Shown here piece by piece: positions 10,361 to 19,979 of a stretch of 64,000 nucleotides of DNA. The notes under the pieces are model-generated. The model had not been told where the DNA came from. It saw only the letters and a list, made by a program, of their open reading frames with translations, and did no database searches. The DNA comes from Nitrosopumilus sp. Its GTDB lineage: Archaea > Thermoproteota > Nitrososphaeria > Nitrososphaerales > Nitrosopumilaceae. Position 1 is the stretch's first letter, and each line of letters begins with the position of its first letter. The position numbers were made by a program, and so were the translations under genes. Location of the stretch: NCBI GenBank assembly GCA_965205215.1, contig OZ242041.1, positions 1,792,001 to 1,856,000 on the forward strand, in the 5' to 3' direction.

Positions 10361-11269
10361 GTGATGAACGTCCAAGAGATACTACAGGCGCTAAAGTCCG
10401 GAGACGTCACGGCGCAGGAGGCAGAAAAGCTCCTCTCGATATACGCCATAGAGGAGGTAGAAGACTATGCAAGGATCGACACAAAACGGGCAATGCGCAG
10501 GGGTGGCATTCCAGAAATAATACTTGCCGAGTCCAAGCGCATCCACGAGACAAAGGAGATTGCAAAAAGGATGCTCGAAAAAGAGGGCGTGGCCGTGATA
10601 TCGCGCATAAGAGAGGAGGACCACGACAGCATCATATCGTACGCCAAGGGACTGGGGGCGTCAGTGTCAACCGGCAGGAACGCGTCGACGATACTGGCGC
10701 ACACCAGGCCCATAAGGCAGACGGGCGCCACGGTCGGGATACTTGCCGCAGGCACTTCCGACGTGGGCATAGCAGAAGAGGCTAGAATAGTCTGCGAGGC
10801 CATGGGCTGCAGGTGCGTCACCGGATACGACGTTGGCGTGGCCGGGCTGCAGCGCATATTCCCCATGCTAAAGGAGATGACGCGCGCCGGCGTGGGATGC
10901 GTCATAGTGGTGGCGGGGATGGAGGGCGCGCTTGCCACGCTGGTCTCCTCACTCATGGACGTGCCGGTCATAGGCGTGCCGACATCCGTGGGGTATGGGT
11001 ACGGCCAGGGGGGCGTGGCCGCCCTGGCATCGATGTTGCAGAGCTGCTCGCTTGGGATGGCAGTCGTGAACATAGACGGCGGGGCGGCGGCCGGAAGCAT
11101 TGCGTCGATGATCGCAAACAGGGGGCGCGGGACGGCGCCCCGCGAAGGCGGGAAAGACGAGGACGGCGATGCCACAAGCGGAGGGGACGGCAGCGGCAAT
11201 ACAGGCGGATCCGGCGGCACGCGCCGGCCTCGGCCAGACACGAAAAGGCGACATTCTAGAAAATCATAA
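10361..11269 (+). CDS. larB: Nickel-pincer cofactor carboxylase/hydrolase LarB
   Basis: ARIDTKR..PE, AAGTSD, DVGVAGL, VAGMEGAL, VPTSVGYG, VVNID. Confidence 0.92.
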   Translation: MMNVQEILQALKSGDVTAQEAEKLLSIYAIEEVEDYARIDTKRAMRRGGIPEIILAESKRIHETKEIAKRMLEKEGVAVISRIREEDHDSIISYAKGLGASVSTGRNASTILAHTRPIRQTGATVGILAAGTSDVGIAEEARIVCEAMGCRCVTGYDVGVAGLQRIFPMLKEMTRAGVGCVIVVAGMEGALATLVSSLMDVPVIGVPTSVGYGYGQGGVAALASMLQSCSLGMAVVNIDGGAAAGSIASMIANRGRGTAPREGGKDEDGDATSGGDGSGNTGGSGGTRRPRPDTKRRHSRKS

Positions 11270-11294
11270 ATACACATAAGAGAAAGTCAGGTTT

Positions 11295-12875
11295 ATGAAT
11301 GGCAGGCGCATCGTGCTCACGGCCGACCGTAGCCTCATGACAAACTACAGGGGCAACTTTCTGTACGGGTTCATAGCGTGCGGGCCCTACGAGGTACTGC
11401 CCGAATGGGTCTTTGACAAGGTGTTCTGCCCGTCTGTCGAGACGGATCCGGTCACCGGCGAGGTAAAGGTCGCCCAGATCGGCCTCCGGAGGGTGGAGAG
11501 CGCCCTTCTGCAGGGCGGCTACAACAGGGAGGACATCTTCGTTGCGCACCCCGAGATGCTTGAAAAGTCCATAGGTCCCGACACAAAGGTGGTCGGAATC
11601 AATGTGATGGATCCGCTTGGGATGGCCCCGGTCACGACCACGATGTCCCCCGAAAAGCTCTCGTACGTGGCAATGAAGTTCAAAAAGATGTGCGCCAGCA
11701 TAATACAGTTAAAGAAAAAGTACGACTTCAAGGTGGTCGTTGGAGGCAACGGGGCGTGGGAGCTTGCAAAGAGCGACCGCATGAAGATCCATGGCATAGA
11801 CACGGTGGTGACCGGGGAGGCCGACGAGCTTGCGGTGGACCTGTTCCACGACCTTGAAAAGGGGGACGCGCCGGAACTCATGCACTGCTTTGTCAGGAAC
11901 ATACAGAACATCCCAGTCATCGAGTCGCCCACCATAAACTCGCTCATAGAGGCAATGCGGGGCTGCGGAAGGGGATGCGACTTTTGCGATGTCAACAAGA
12001 GATCCAAAAAGGACCTTCCGCTCGACAGGCTGCAGCGCGAGGCCAAGGTAAACCTGGACTATGGGTTTGACTCCATATGGCTGCACTCCGACGAGATGCT
12101 GCTGTACGGGTGCGACAACCGCGACATGCGCCCCAACAGCGACGCAATCACGGAACTGTGGAGCGGCCTGAAGGGGCTGGGGGCAAACTTTGTCGGCACG
12201 ACGCACATGACGTTCTCCGCGGTGGCGGCAGACCCCGACCTGATGCGCAAGATTGCCGAGATCAACAGGCAGCACGAGACGGGCAGGTGGCTTGCGACCA
12301 ACCTAGGCATCGAGACCGTGTCGCCGGCAATGGTCAAAAAACACCTAGGCGTCAAGACGCGCCCGTTCTCCACTGACGAGTGGGGCAGCGTGGTGAGGGA
12401 GGGCGCGCGCATACTCAACGAGAACCACTGGTTCCCGGCGGCCACCATAATCATAGGGTGGCCCGACGAGACGCCGGACGACATACAGTATACCATAGAC
12501 ATGATGAGCGACTTTAGGGAGATGGACTTTAGGGGACTGGTGGCCCCCCTGCTGTACCAAGACTTTAGCGAGAAGAACTCGATGCACTTTGGCAACCTCA
12601 ACGAGGCACAGTTCACGCTGTTCTGGAAGTGCTGGGAGAACAACCTGCGCGTGATCAACGACATCATACCAATAATACTCAGGAACAAGACGTACGGCCC
12701 CCCCATGAAGGTGTTCATGTACGGGATGCTAAAGGCGGGCACGTGGGCCATAATGAGGTACCTCAGGGGGCTCTGCAAGGACCTGTTCAACGGAAGAACC
12801 CCCGACGACATCATCTCAAAGTATGCAAGGAGCAGGTCCGTATCTATGCCACGGATACAGGCAAAGAAACTCTGA
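11295..12875 (+). CDS. Radical SAM protein with putative N-terminal B12-binding-like domain
   Basis: RGCGRGCDFC (CxxxCxxC); upstream VVVGG..DTVVTGEAD; GIET and IIGWPDET motifs. Confidence 0.85.
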   Translation: MNGRRIVLTADRSLMTNYRGNFLYGFIACGPYEVLPEWVFDKVFCPSVETDPVTGEVKVAQIGLRRVESALLQGGYNREDIFVAHPEMLEKSIGPDTKVVGINVMDPLGMAPVTTTMSPEKLSYVAMKFKKMCASIIQLKKKYDFKVVVGGNGAWELAKSDRMKIHGIDTVVTGEADELAVDLFHDLEKGDAPELMHCFVRNIQNIPVIESPTINSLIEAMRGCGRGCDFCDVNKRSKKDLPLDRLQREAKVNLDYGFDSIWLHSDEMLLYGCDNRDMRPNSDAITELWSGLKGLGANFVGTTHMTFSAVAADPDLMRKIAEINRQHETGRWLATNLGIETVSPAMVKKHLGVKTRPFSTDEWGSVVREGARILNENHWFPAATIIIGWPDETPDDIQYTIDMMSDFREMDFRGLVAPLLYQDFSEKNSMHFGNLNEAQFTLFWKCWENNLRVINDIIPIILRNKTYGPPMKVFMYGMLKAGTWAIMRYLRGLCKDLFNGRTPDDIISKYARSRSVSMPRIQAKKL

Positions 12876-13000
12876 CCGCCAGACGGACTAGCCCGGTTTT
12901 TGGCCTACCCGCACGACGCCAGATGGCGGCATGCGCAGAGGGCGCCGGGAAGGGCAACGCGGCATACGACGCGGCAGATAATGGCGGCGGCGACAGTAGT

Positions 13001-13027
13001 AACAACAACAACAACAACAACAAAAAA
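13001..13027. repeat. (AAC)7 microsatellite plus A-run; probable minus-strand terminator
   Basis: AAC repeated 7 times then AAAAAA, just downstream of the minus-strand gene ending at 13041. Confidence 0.6.
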
Positions 13028-13040
13028 TGCAGGAACAGTG

Positions 13041-13364
13041 TCAGATGTTCTTAAGCGCCTCGTCGGCCAGCGTATTGCGCTTTGGGGTCAGCACGACGAA
13101 GTAGAACTTGTCCGCGCGCTCTACGCGGTCCACCTTGGAGTACGACTTTGATGGCAGGTCAAACTCGTACAGCCCGGGCTCAAGCGTAGCCTGCGCATAT
13201 ACCACCAGAAAAGAGTCCCCGTGCGAGGCCCCAAGCGGAACAAACGACATCAGGTATCCGCGGTAGGAGCTTATCGGAAGCGTGTTCTTCATCGGGGAGA
13301 TTGCAGAGGTGATATACATGAAGAAATCCTCAATCGTCTCAAACTCCTCGTACTCGGTATGCAT
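13041..13364 (-). CDS. Hypothetical protein
   Basis: Globular-looking 107 aa from MHTEYEEF; TTATTATAT box about 25 nt upstream. Confidence 0.75.
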   Translation of the reverse strand: MHTEYEEFETIEDFFMYITSAISPMKNTLPISSYRGYLMSFVPLGASHGDSFLVVYAQATLEPGLYEFDLPSKSYSKVDRVERADKFYFVVLTPKRNTLADEALKNI

Positions 13365-13702
13365 GGGGTTCGTTGCACCCCTCAATATAATAAGGATGCT
13401 AGTGCGCCTGCGTTCCTGCTTTTGGCCCACGTCGCGCAGATGAATGATGTAATCTTAGTTACGGTGATCAAGTCACTCGTGATCCTTGCGAATTGTCTCA
13501 AAACCATGGAACCTTCCGGTGCTGCCTGCATATCCCGTCTTGACATTCCCAATACGTCCCCCTCACCAACGCGTGCCGGTCGGACATGGTCTCCTCGTGA
13601 TCCGGCCTTGTGCCGGCCTGCCGTCCCGCTGCATGTGCGCACCGCGGCCACGGGGTGACACGAACGCAAAGGCGCCGAACGCTACGCGTACGTCGGCGGG
13701 AT

Positions 13703-14608
13703 TCAGCGGCACACGCTTGTGGGCGCCGGCTCTGCCCATATGTTGAACGCTATGGGCATGTCGGCATCGGCCAGGTACTGTGGAACGTAGTCCGTGTACT
13801 CCGCGTTCACAAAACCGATTATCACCCCGATGTTCCTGTCGTCGTCTATTTGGTCTAGCGCCAGCACGTGCCTGTGCGGTATCTGAATCGTCCCGGCGCG
13901 CTCCGTCAGGGGGGAGTCCAGGATGGAGTGCGCATAGTACCCGTCGATATCGGGCCCTATTGGGCCGTCGGCGCTTATTACGGAAAAGAGGGGGTACGCG
14001 TCGTCCCCCAGCTGCAGGGACCTAAAGTCGTAGTCAAACACGTGGCGCCCCTCAAAGTCAGGATCCGGCACCAGGGCCTCCTTGAACGACTTGCCGTCGA
14101 TTCTAAAGTCGATGGCGATGTGAGTCACGGCTCCAAAGCCCCCCGGAGGCTCCGGGAGCACTGCTATGTTATCGGACTCTGATACGCGGACTGTGTTTGA
14201 CGGGCCGATGTTCTCGTCGCCCAGCACCCTCTGCATGACCGTAAAGTTGACTAGCGCGTCGCGCCCCTCGTCATCTTCCAGAAACACAATTATCGGCACG
14301 CTGTCATCCTGCAGTCCCTGGCATCGCGCCTCCCATCCTATGCAGTAGTAGTCACCGTATTCAGTCGAGACCGGGGTTGTAGTTCCCTCAAACGACGCGT
14401 CAAAGTAGAACATGCCGATGGTGCCGGTATCTGACGCGCCCAGCGTGAACGGGCTGCCCGCGGCCGTGTCCGGGATCTGGACTGTCAGGGTATCCGCGTA
14501 CGCATGGTGAGCGGCCGACGGCCAGGCCGGTGCGTATCCGGCAACTACCAGCAGTCCGACGGCGGTCACTGCGAACAGCGCCAAGGATGCGGCCGCCGTC
14601 ACTATCAT
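13703..14608 (-). CDS. Secreted hypothetical protein
   Basis: Hydrophobic signal peptide ending in AYA; acidic body; TTATAA upstream. Confidence 0.7.
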   Translation of the reverse strand: MIVTAAASLALFAVTAVGLLVVAGYAPAWPSAAHHAYADTLTVQIPDTAAGSPFTLGASDTGTIGMFYFDASFEGTTTPVSTEYGDYYCIGWEARCQGLQDDSVPIIVFLEDDEGRDALVNFTVMQRVLGDENIGPSNTVRVSESDNIAVLPEPPGGFGAVTHIAIDFRIDGKSFKEALVPDPDFEGRHVFDYDFRSLQLGDDAYPLFSVISADGPIGPDIDGYYAHSILDSPLTERAGTIQIPHRHVLALDQIDDDRNIGVIIGFVNAEYTDYVPQYLADADMPIAFNIWAEPAPTSVCR

Positions 14609-14659
14609 GACGAATACTGGTACAAACAGCTTATAACTTGTTTGTACACGCTGAGCCCG

Positions 14660-15739
14660 TCAGAAGGCCATTCTGGACTTTATGTATCTGCGGGTCCCGA
14701 CGACAACCAGCGCCGGTGCGGCAATATACATCGCTAGGTTGAGCGCTATGACGGAGATTCCCAGTCCGAGAACCTGCTCCTCGGAGCCCGGATCTGCAAG
14801 GGACATTATGGACAGAGTCGAGATCAACGGCGTGATTGCCGCGCGCACCACTTCCCTGAACGCCGGGTTCTCCCGTTCAAGGTCGGCCACGGCGGGCGAG
14901 AACGCATAGTACATCTGGTTGAATCCTGTCATGAACGACGAACCGGACGCGGTGTTCAGCAGCGTGTTGTCGCGTATCTCCCTGAGCATCTGTACCTGCG
15001 GCGCAAGCTCCGTGCCGTATGCTGCAGTCGCAATCAGACATCCGTTACGATTATCGTCAGGCTCGGGCTCAGGCTGCTCCACTTGGCACACGCCGTTAAC
15101 CAGAACGGTTCCGGGGCCGCATACGGGCTCTTCTGGCTCAGGTGGGGGAGGTGGGGGAGGAGGTGGGGGTGGGGGAGGTGGGGGAGGTGGGGGAGGAGGT
15201 GGGGTCACAGATGGGGGCGGATCAACTGCCGGAGGCTCCTCTGCCGGAGGCTCCTCTGCCGGAGGCTCGGTCACAGGATCGCTGAAGAGAGGCGTGTTTG
15301 CGCCAGTAAATTCGAATGACGCCACGTCCCTGTTGTTGCCGCCATAATATGCCACGATATAGTAATCGCCGTTGAACTTCCACAATGGCCCGCCGGCCTT
15401 GAATGAAAAGGAAAATGAACCGTCTTCTGACGGCATCACCTGTCCGAACCACAGTAGCTGGGCCTTGACGGGATCGGCGCTGTCATCAAGGTACATGACC
15501 CTGGCGGTCACAGGATGCTTCAGGGACTGATCTGCATAGTTTGGAATCGTCCCCTGCGCCACGATTTGCTGGCCGTTCGCATACAGGGTCTCGGTAGTGA
15601 CAAGGTCATACTCGGCTGTCGGAAGAACCATGTCGCTGGGATCGTTTGACTGTGCGTGTGATACAGGTACCATTCCATAAGACAATACCGTTACACTAAG
15701 TAGCAAAAAAGCCAGAAGGCCTGCGACTCTCATATTCAT
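14660..15739 (-). CDS. CFI-box-CTERM surface protein with poly-proline linker
   Basis: Signal peptide; long poly-Pro run; CGPGTVLVNGVC; GCLIATAAYGTELAPQVQMLREIRD followed by a C-terminal TM helix. Confidence 0.88.
   Translation of the reverse strand: MNMRVAGLLAFLLLSVTVLSYGMVPVSHAQSNDPSDMVLPTAEYDLVTTETLYANGQQIVAQGTIPNYADQSLKHPVTARVMYLDDSADPVKAQLLWFGQVMPSEDGSFSFSFKAGGPLWKFNGDYYIVAYYGGNNRDVASFEFTGANTPLFSDPVTEPPAEEPPAEEPPAVDPPPSVTPPPPPPPPPPPPPPPPPPPPPEPEEPVCGPGTVLVNGVCQVEQPEPEPDDNRNGCLIATAAYGTELAPQVQMLREIRDNTLLNTASGSSFMTGFNQMYYAFSPAVADLERENPAFREVVRAAITPLISTLSIMSLADPGSEEQVLGLGISVIALNLAMYIAAPALVVVGTRRYIKSRMAF
15141..15269. repeat. G-run tandem repeats (poly-Pro) and 15-bp EEPPA repeats
   Basis: (GGTGGGGGA)n-like array, then TGCCGGAGGCTCCTC units. 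Confidence 0.85.
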
Positions 15740-16189
15740 CTAGTGGATATCAATCCTGTATTTATGTATTCTAGAGAAAGGCTCCGCTTGCATCAGGAGA
15801 CCGTGTGAGGAAGCCGAACAGCGCGACCAATGTAATGGGCGCGGCTCATCCAACGCCCCCACACCCCCGTCATTATGCCGTCCCATAAACTGGGAACTGT
15901 TGAAAATCAGTTCATTCAGGACAGTGGTACAGACACCGGAACGAGTAGGTGCGGGCTGGCCAGCCTGTACCAGCTTGTGCTCACGCGCCCGTACCCGGAC
16001 TGGTACTGGTTGGCTCTCCCTCCTCCCCCCCCCCCACCGCAAGCATGTTGGCAAGGCTCCAATACACGTGCGTGTCACCCCGTACATACAGCACACCACG
16101 TTGTAGAACCCACGAGTGCTCGGATGTCCGGGCAGATCATAGTGTCCAGACGAACGGCGACAATACAGCTTTGAGGGCGCAGGGCATAC

Positions 16190-17278
16190 CTAGAATCTTG
16201 CAATCCCCGCATCAAGCAGGTACTGGACGGACTCGACAAAGGTCTCGTCAGGGACGAGTCCCATGGTCCACCACCTGGCCGGTGCGTCCAGCCATGCTGG
16301 CAGCGTCGAAGATCCTACAAGGAGGGGCACGGCTGCTCCGTGCCCTTGCGTCTCGTTGTCACCCACATCCGACTCCCGCCCCGCGTCATCACCACTGGCG
16401 CCAAGGACGGCAGAATCGTACGCGAGTATGTCCATTAGCACCAAGACAGACAGTTCCTTGGCAAATTCGGCATCGGACATCGTGCCAGCGGACCATTCGG
16501 ATGCAGCGGCTCTCACAGAATCAGGGATCACCAAAGGAGCCGACTCCACATAGAACGTGAGAAGGGCAACGGGATCTGCATCCTGTCCATATTCGACGGA
16601 TACCGAATAGTTGCCCTGCAGATTATCCCCACCCTTCAGGTTTATGATGGCGCCGTATTTTCCATTGGCCCCCACGCGCATGTCAAAGGACCGCTCGGTT
16701 CCGTCCGGATGTTTGACGGTGATGGTAACTATGGAGTTCGTCACATACGTGCCAACGTTGCCAGAAAGTATAACGGAGGAGACGTCACCCACACGCTCCA
16801 ATGCGACGCGGTTGGCGCTAAGGCTTGCAGATGGCTTGCGGGGCGGCTTGATCTCAACGTCCGCAGTGCCGGCTCCGCCGGGGCCGATATCGCCATCATC
16901 ATCGTCAGGTACGGGGCCGGCAGATCCCGATATGCTTCCCGTATTTCCCACTGTCAGAGGGGATTGAGTGCGGGCGTCGGATGAAGGGTCGGATTGCTGC
17001 TGCTGCTGCTGCTGACGCAACATGCTAAACGCGCTTGGATTTCCCGACGAGTCAACAGAGTCGTAGTATACGACGTCCATGGCGCCTCCGGCGGTGGACA
17101 TCAGGCCGGAGCCGGATTTGTCGCACACTCGCGTCGGCATCTTGAATACACCCTCGAACACGCCGGTTCCGGGGCCCGTCTCCACTAGCGCGAATCCCGT
17201 AGATGCAAGGCCTCCGTGCTGCACGCCGTCGACTGTGCAGCGCTTGTACCGGACGTCCTTGAACTTTACCTCAAGCAT
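16190..17278 (-). CDS. C-terminal part of frameshifted S-layer-like secreted protein
   Basis: LVETGPGTGVFEG repeat; tandem thaumarchaeal C-terminal motifs (IPDSVR..W..G.MSD.EF and LPAWL..ARWW..G.VPD.TFVESVQYLL..GI); no signal peptide of its own. Confidence 0.75.
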   Translation of the reverse strand: MLEVKFKDVRYKRCTVDGVQHGGLASTGFALVETGPGTGVFEGVFKMPTRVCDKSGSGLMSTAGGAMDVVYYDSVDSSGNPSAFSMLRQQQQQQQSDPSSDARTQSPLTVGNTGSISGSAGPVPDDDDGDIGPGGAGTADVEIKPPRKPSASLSANRVALERVGDVSSVILSGNVGTYVTNSIVTITVKHPDGTERSFDMRVGANGKYGAIINLKGGDNLQGNYSVSVEYGQDADPVALLTFYVESAPLVIPDSVRAAASEWSAGTMSDAEFAKELSVLVLMDILAYDSAVLGASGDDAGRESDVGDNETQGHGAAVPLLVGSSTLPAWLDAPARWWTMGLVPDETFVESVQYLLDAGIARF

Positions 17279-19884
17279 CGATGGGCCCCGCTTCCCACCG
17301 TGTCTACGCTTGGCAGGCGCGAATCGTCCACCACCAAATACACCTCGATGGTGTCCGCGGACAGGTTGAGATCCGGATCGTTTAGCGTGATCGTAACCGG
17401 CGTGCCGAACCTCAGCTGTCCGGACGGCGTGGATACGGAGACCCTGCCGCTCTCCGACTTGATCTCTGTCTCGGGCTGCGAGACGGACTGCGGTATGACG
17501 GCCCCCACCCGCGCCAGATCAGAGTATGTGATGGTAATGGCATCCTCGTCAACCATCCGGCCGAGCGTGACGAACTTTACGTCGTTTCCTATCGGGGTCG
17601 TGCCAAGCACAAAGTCCGGATCGTCAATGTTGAGCTGGTTTGCGGCGGCAAACTCAAGCGTGCCCCCAAACACCCCGGAGTCCCCGGAGATCTCCTCGAG
17701 CTCAAGCCTGTATATTGCGTTGTTTACGATCTTCTTGCCCTCCACTCCAATGGAAAAGACGTCGAACACCACGGGCGCCGCGTCCGCGGCCCCCATGCCT
17801 CCGGCGTCAAGCCCGCCACCGGGTCCGAAATCTACCACCGCATGCACCGTGCCTCCTACTACGCCCCCCTCCTGCAGGCCAGAGGCAATCCTTTTCACAT
17901 GGCCGGGATCCACGTACAGCAGGCCCTGCGCCGAGCCCAGCCTGTCCGCGATTATTATTGGATCCGCGTCCGACGTTCCCCCCACATACAAGAGCAGGGA
18001 CGCTCCGCCCAGTCCCCTCGCGCCGCCAAGGGAGCGCATGTCTATGTTGAGCCAGTTGGTTCCGATGTTCGACTCCCCAGATACGTCTATCAGCGCGTCA
18101 TACAGGCGCGACGCAGAGTACCCCGTGTCGATTGCAAGCATCTCGTATGTGACGGAGCGGTCGAGCGCGGCCAGTCCAAGATCAAGATGCAGGCGGGCCG
18201 AGACTGGATCCGGTGAGCGCGCCGGTATGGGCACGGCCCCCTCAAACGAGCCGCTGTTCGGGTATGCGGCGGCCGAGGAGGCGGAGGACAGGGTCAGCGG
18301 CAAGCCAATCCTGATGGACGGGATAATGGCGCCGTCGCGGAACACGTCAAGCCTGTCGCGCCGGTTTGGATCCGTGTTCTGATCGGCGTCTTGGAGCACC
18401 ACCGGTATGCGCAGGCCCGAGCGCCAGCCCGAAGCGTCCACGGACAGGACGGGGCTGTCGCCTCGGACAGTGGCTGCGCCGGCAGTACCGCCAAGCGACA
18501 AGGAGGCGGTGTGGGAGCCGGTCAGTACAGAGAGCGACCGGTCGTTGTACGATATTACCGCAGACGTCCCCCTGTCGGCGCCGGGCGCTATGCGCATGTT
18601 TGAGACGTGCGACGCATCCACGCTCTCAAAGAGCCCCGAGTTCGGCCTGCTCTCGACCAGCGTTACTATGTCCTCATAGTGGCGCACGCCGTCGTATACG
18701 CTGCCGGCAGGCTGGTTCCTGTTGGGCCGCAGCTCAAGCACGTCTCCGCCGCCATGCGAGACCCCCAGATATCCGTTGTCGCCGAACCCGAGCCTGCCAA
18801 GGTGCGGATACAGATCCACAAGTCCGGGCCCCCCGTTTGCGGCGGTGCGCCCCCCGTCATAGAACGCCTGATAGAACACCGAGGGGCTGCCGGGGGAGGT
18901 GCCAAACGTCCAAGAGTCCTCGTCGGTGGGATCCTGGTTGAGCTGCGGATCACTCACCCGCAGCACGACCTCGGCGCCCGCCGGATACGGCTCTGCCTGT
19001 CCGCGATCAGTTGAGAATGATATGGACGGAATATCGTCAGTATACTGCAGGATGACGCGCTGCGGGCCGCCGCCTCCCCGCTCGTACTCGATGCGCACGT
19101 CGTCGCCAAACGAGAAGAGCTGTATCACCGGCCATGCCCCGCTCTTGAGTCCGATCTGCCCATGCAGGGGCTCGCCCCCACTGGGCGACGGAGGGGATCT
19201 CACCACGTTGTTCTCCGCAGGCGATGCAGGATCCACCGACCCGCCGCACGGCGAGAGCGACCCCACGCCGTTTGCAAAGTTCAAGAGCCCACCGGAGCGT
19301 GGGATCGCCACGCCGTCAGAGTCGTGGAACTCGGCGCCCAGTACCGGTGCAGGCGTACCAGGGCCGCAAAAGACGCCAAAGTCGAGTCCCTGTCCGGGCC
19401 GCCCCGCGTCATGAGATATTTGATCGGCCCGCCTCGCGGCGTCCTCGTTTGCAAAGTAGGCGTACCACTGGCCGCTGCTGGACTGGACCATGCGCAGCGT
19501 GGCCCCGTTTACGGACACCTTGGGCTCGCCGGCAGCCCCTCCCTTGGTATCGGAGATCAGCGGATCGGCGACCACGACCTCGACTACCATCGACCCCGCA
19601 AAATGATTGTCGAACTCGGGACTCTCAGCAGACACCAGCAGGTTGTCATTGGAGTTCTGGGCCGCATGCGCTGGTGAGAACGGGAGGTCCGCGGCGTCGG
19701 GTGCGGCCGCTGCGGCCGCAAACAGGGCGCAGGCCGCCACAAGCAGGACATACGGGCGCAATGCTCGCGCGGCGGGCCGCCCATTCACTGCAACGCGTCC
19801 CGAACTGCTGCAAACGGCGACGCCAGATGAATCCCTCACGTGTATAACAAAGCCGGCCACACATAATAACTGAATCCTGCCCAT
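17266..19884 (-). CDS. N-terminal part of S-layer-protein-like secreted protein (frameshifted near 17287)
   Basis: NLLVSAE..F.NHFAG.MVVEVVV.D..GEP.V.VNG.TLRMVQ..GQWYAYFA resembles, from memory, the Nitrosopumilus S-layer protein N-terminus; D.D.N.D and LVE..SG.FE repeats. True start probably GTG 19788. Confidence 0.72.
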   Translation of the reverse strand: MGRIQLLCVAGFVIHVRDSSGVAVCSSSGRVAVNGRPAARALRPYVLLVAACALFAAAAAAPDAADLPFSPAHAAQNSNDNLLVSAESPEFDNHFAGSMVVEVVVADPLISDTKGGAAGEPKVSVNGATLRMVQSSSGQWYAYFANEDAARRADQISHDAGRPGQGLDFGVFCGPGTPAPVLGAEFHDSDGVAIPRSGGLLNFANGVGSLSPCGGSVDPASPAENNVVRSPPSPSGGEPLHGQIGLKSGAWPVIQLFSFGDDVRIEYERGGGGPQRVILQYTDDIPSISFSTDRGQAEPYPAGAEVVLRVSDPQLNQDPTDEDSWTFGTSPGSPSVFYQAFYDGGRTAANGGPGLVDLYPHLGRLGFGDNGYLGVSHGGGDVLELRPNRNQPAGSVYDGVRHYEDIVTLVESRPNSGLFESVDASHVSNMRIAPGADRGTSAVISYNDRSLSVLTGSHTASLSLGGTAGAATVRGDSPVLSVDASGWRSGLRIPVVLQDADQNTDPNRRDRLDVFRDGAIIPSIRIGLPLTLSSASSAAAYPNSGSFEGAVPIPARSPDPVSARLHLDLGLAALDRSVTYEMLAIDTGYSASRLYDALIDVSGESNIGTNWLNIDMRSLGGARGLGGASLLLYVGGTSDADPIIIADRLGSAQGLLYVDPGHVKRIASGLQEGGVVGGTVHAVVDFGPGGGLDAGGMGAADAAPVVFDVFSIGVEGKKIVNNAIYRLELEEISGDSGVFGGTLEFAAANQLNIDDPDFVLGTTPIGNDVKFVTLGRMVDEDAITITYSDLARVGAVIPQSVSQPETEIKSESGRVSVSTPSGQLRFGTPVTITLNDPDLNLSADTIEVYLVVDDSRLPSVDTVGSGAHRCLR

Positions 19885-19979
19885 GAAACTGCAATGGCGG
19901 CGGTGGCGGTAGAAGGAGAGGAGGAAGCGGCGGCGCGGCGCGGCCGGCTCCAGCTACGGCCGTGCGCTCGGGAGGCCGC

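Noticed and set aside
16025-16035. C11 tract (and G10 at 57828-57837) as phase-variation switches
   Set aside because: Both are intergenic and not within a recognisable promoter or ORF.
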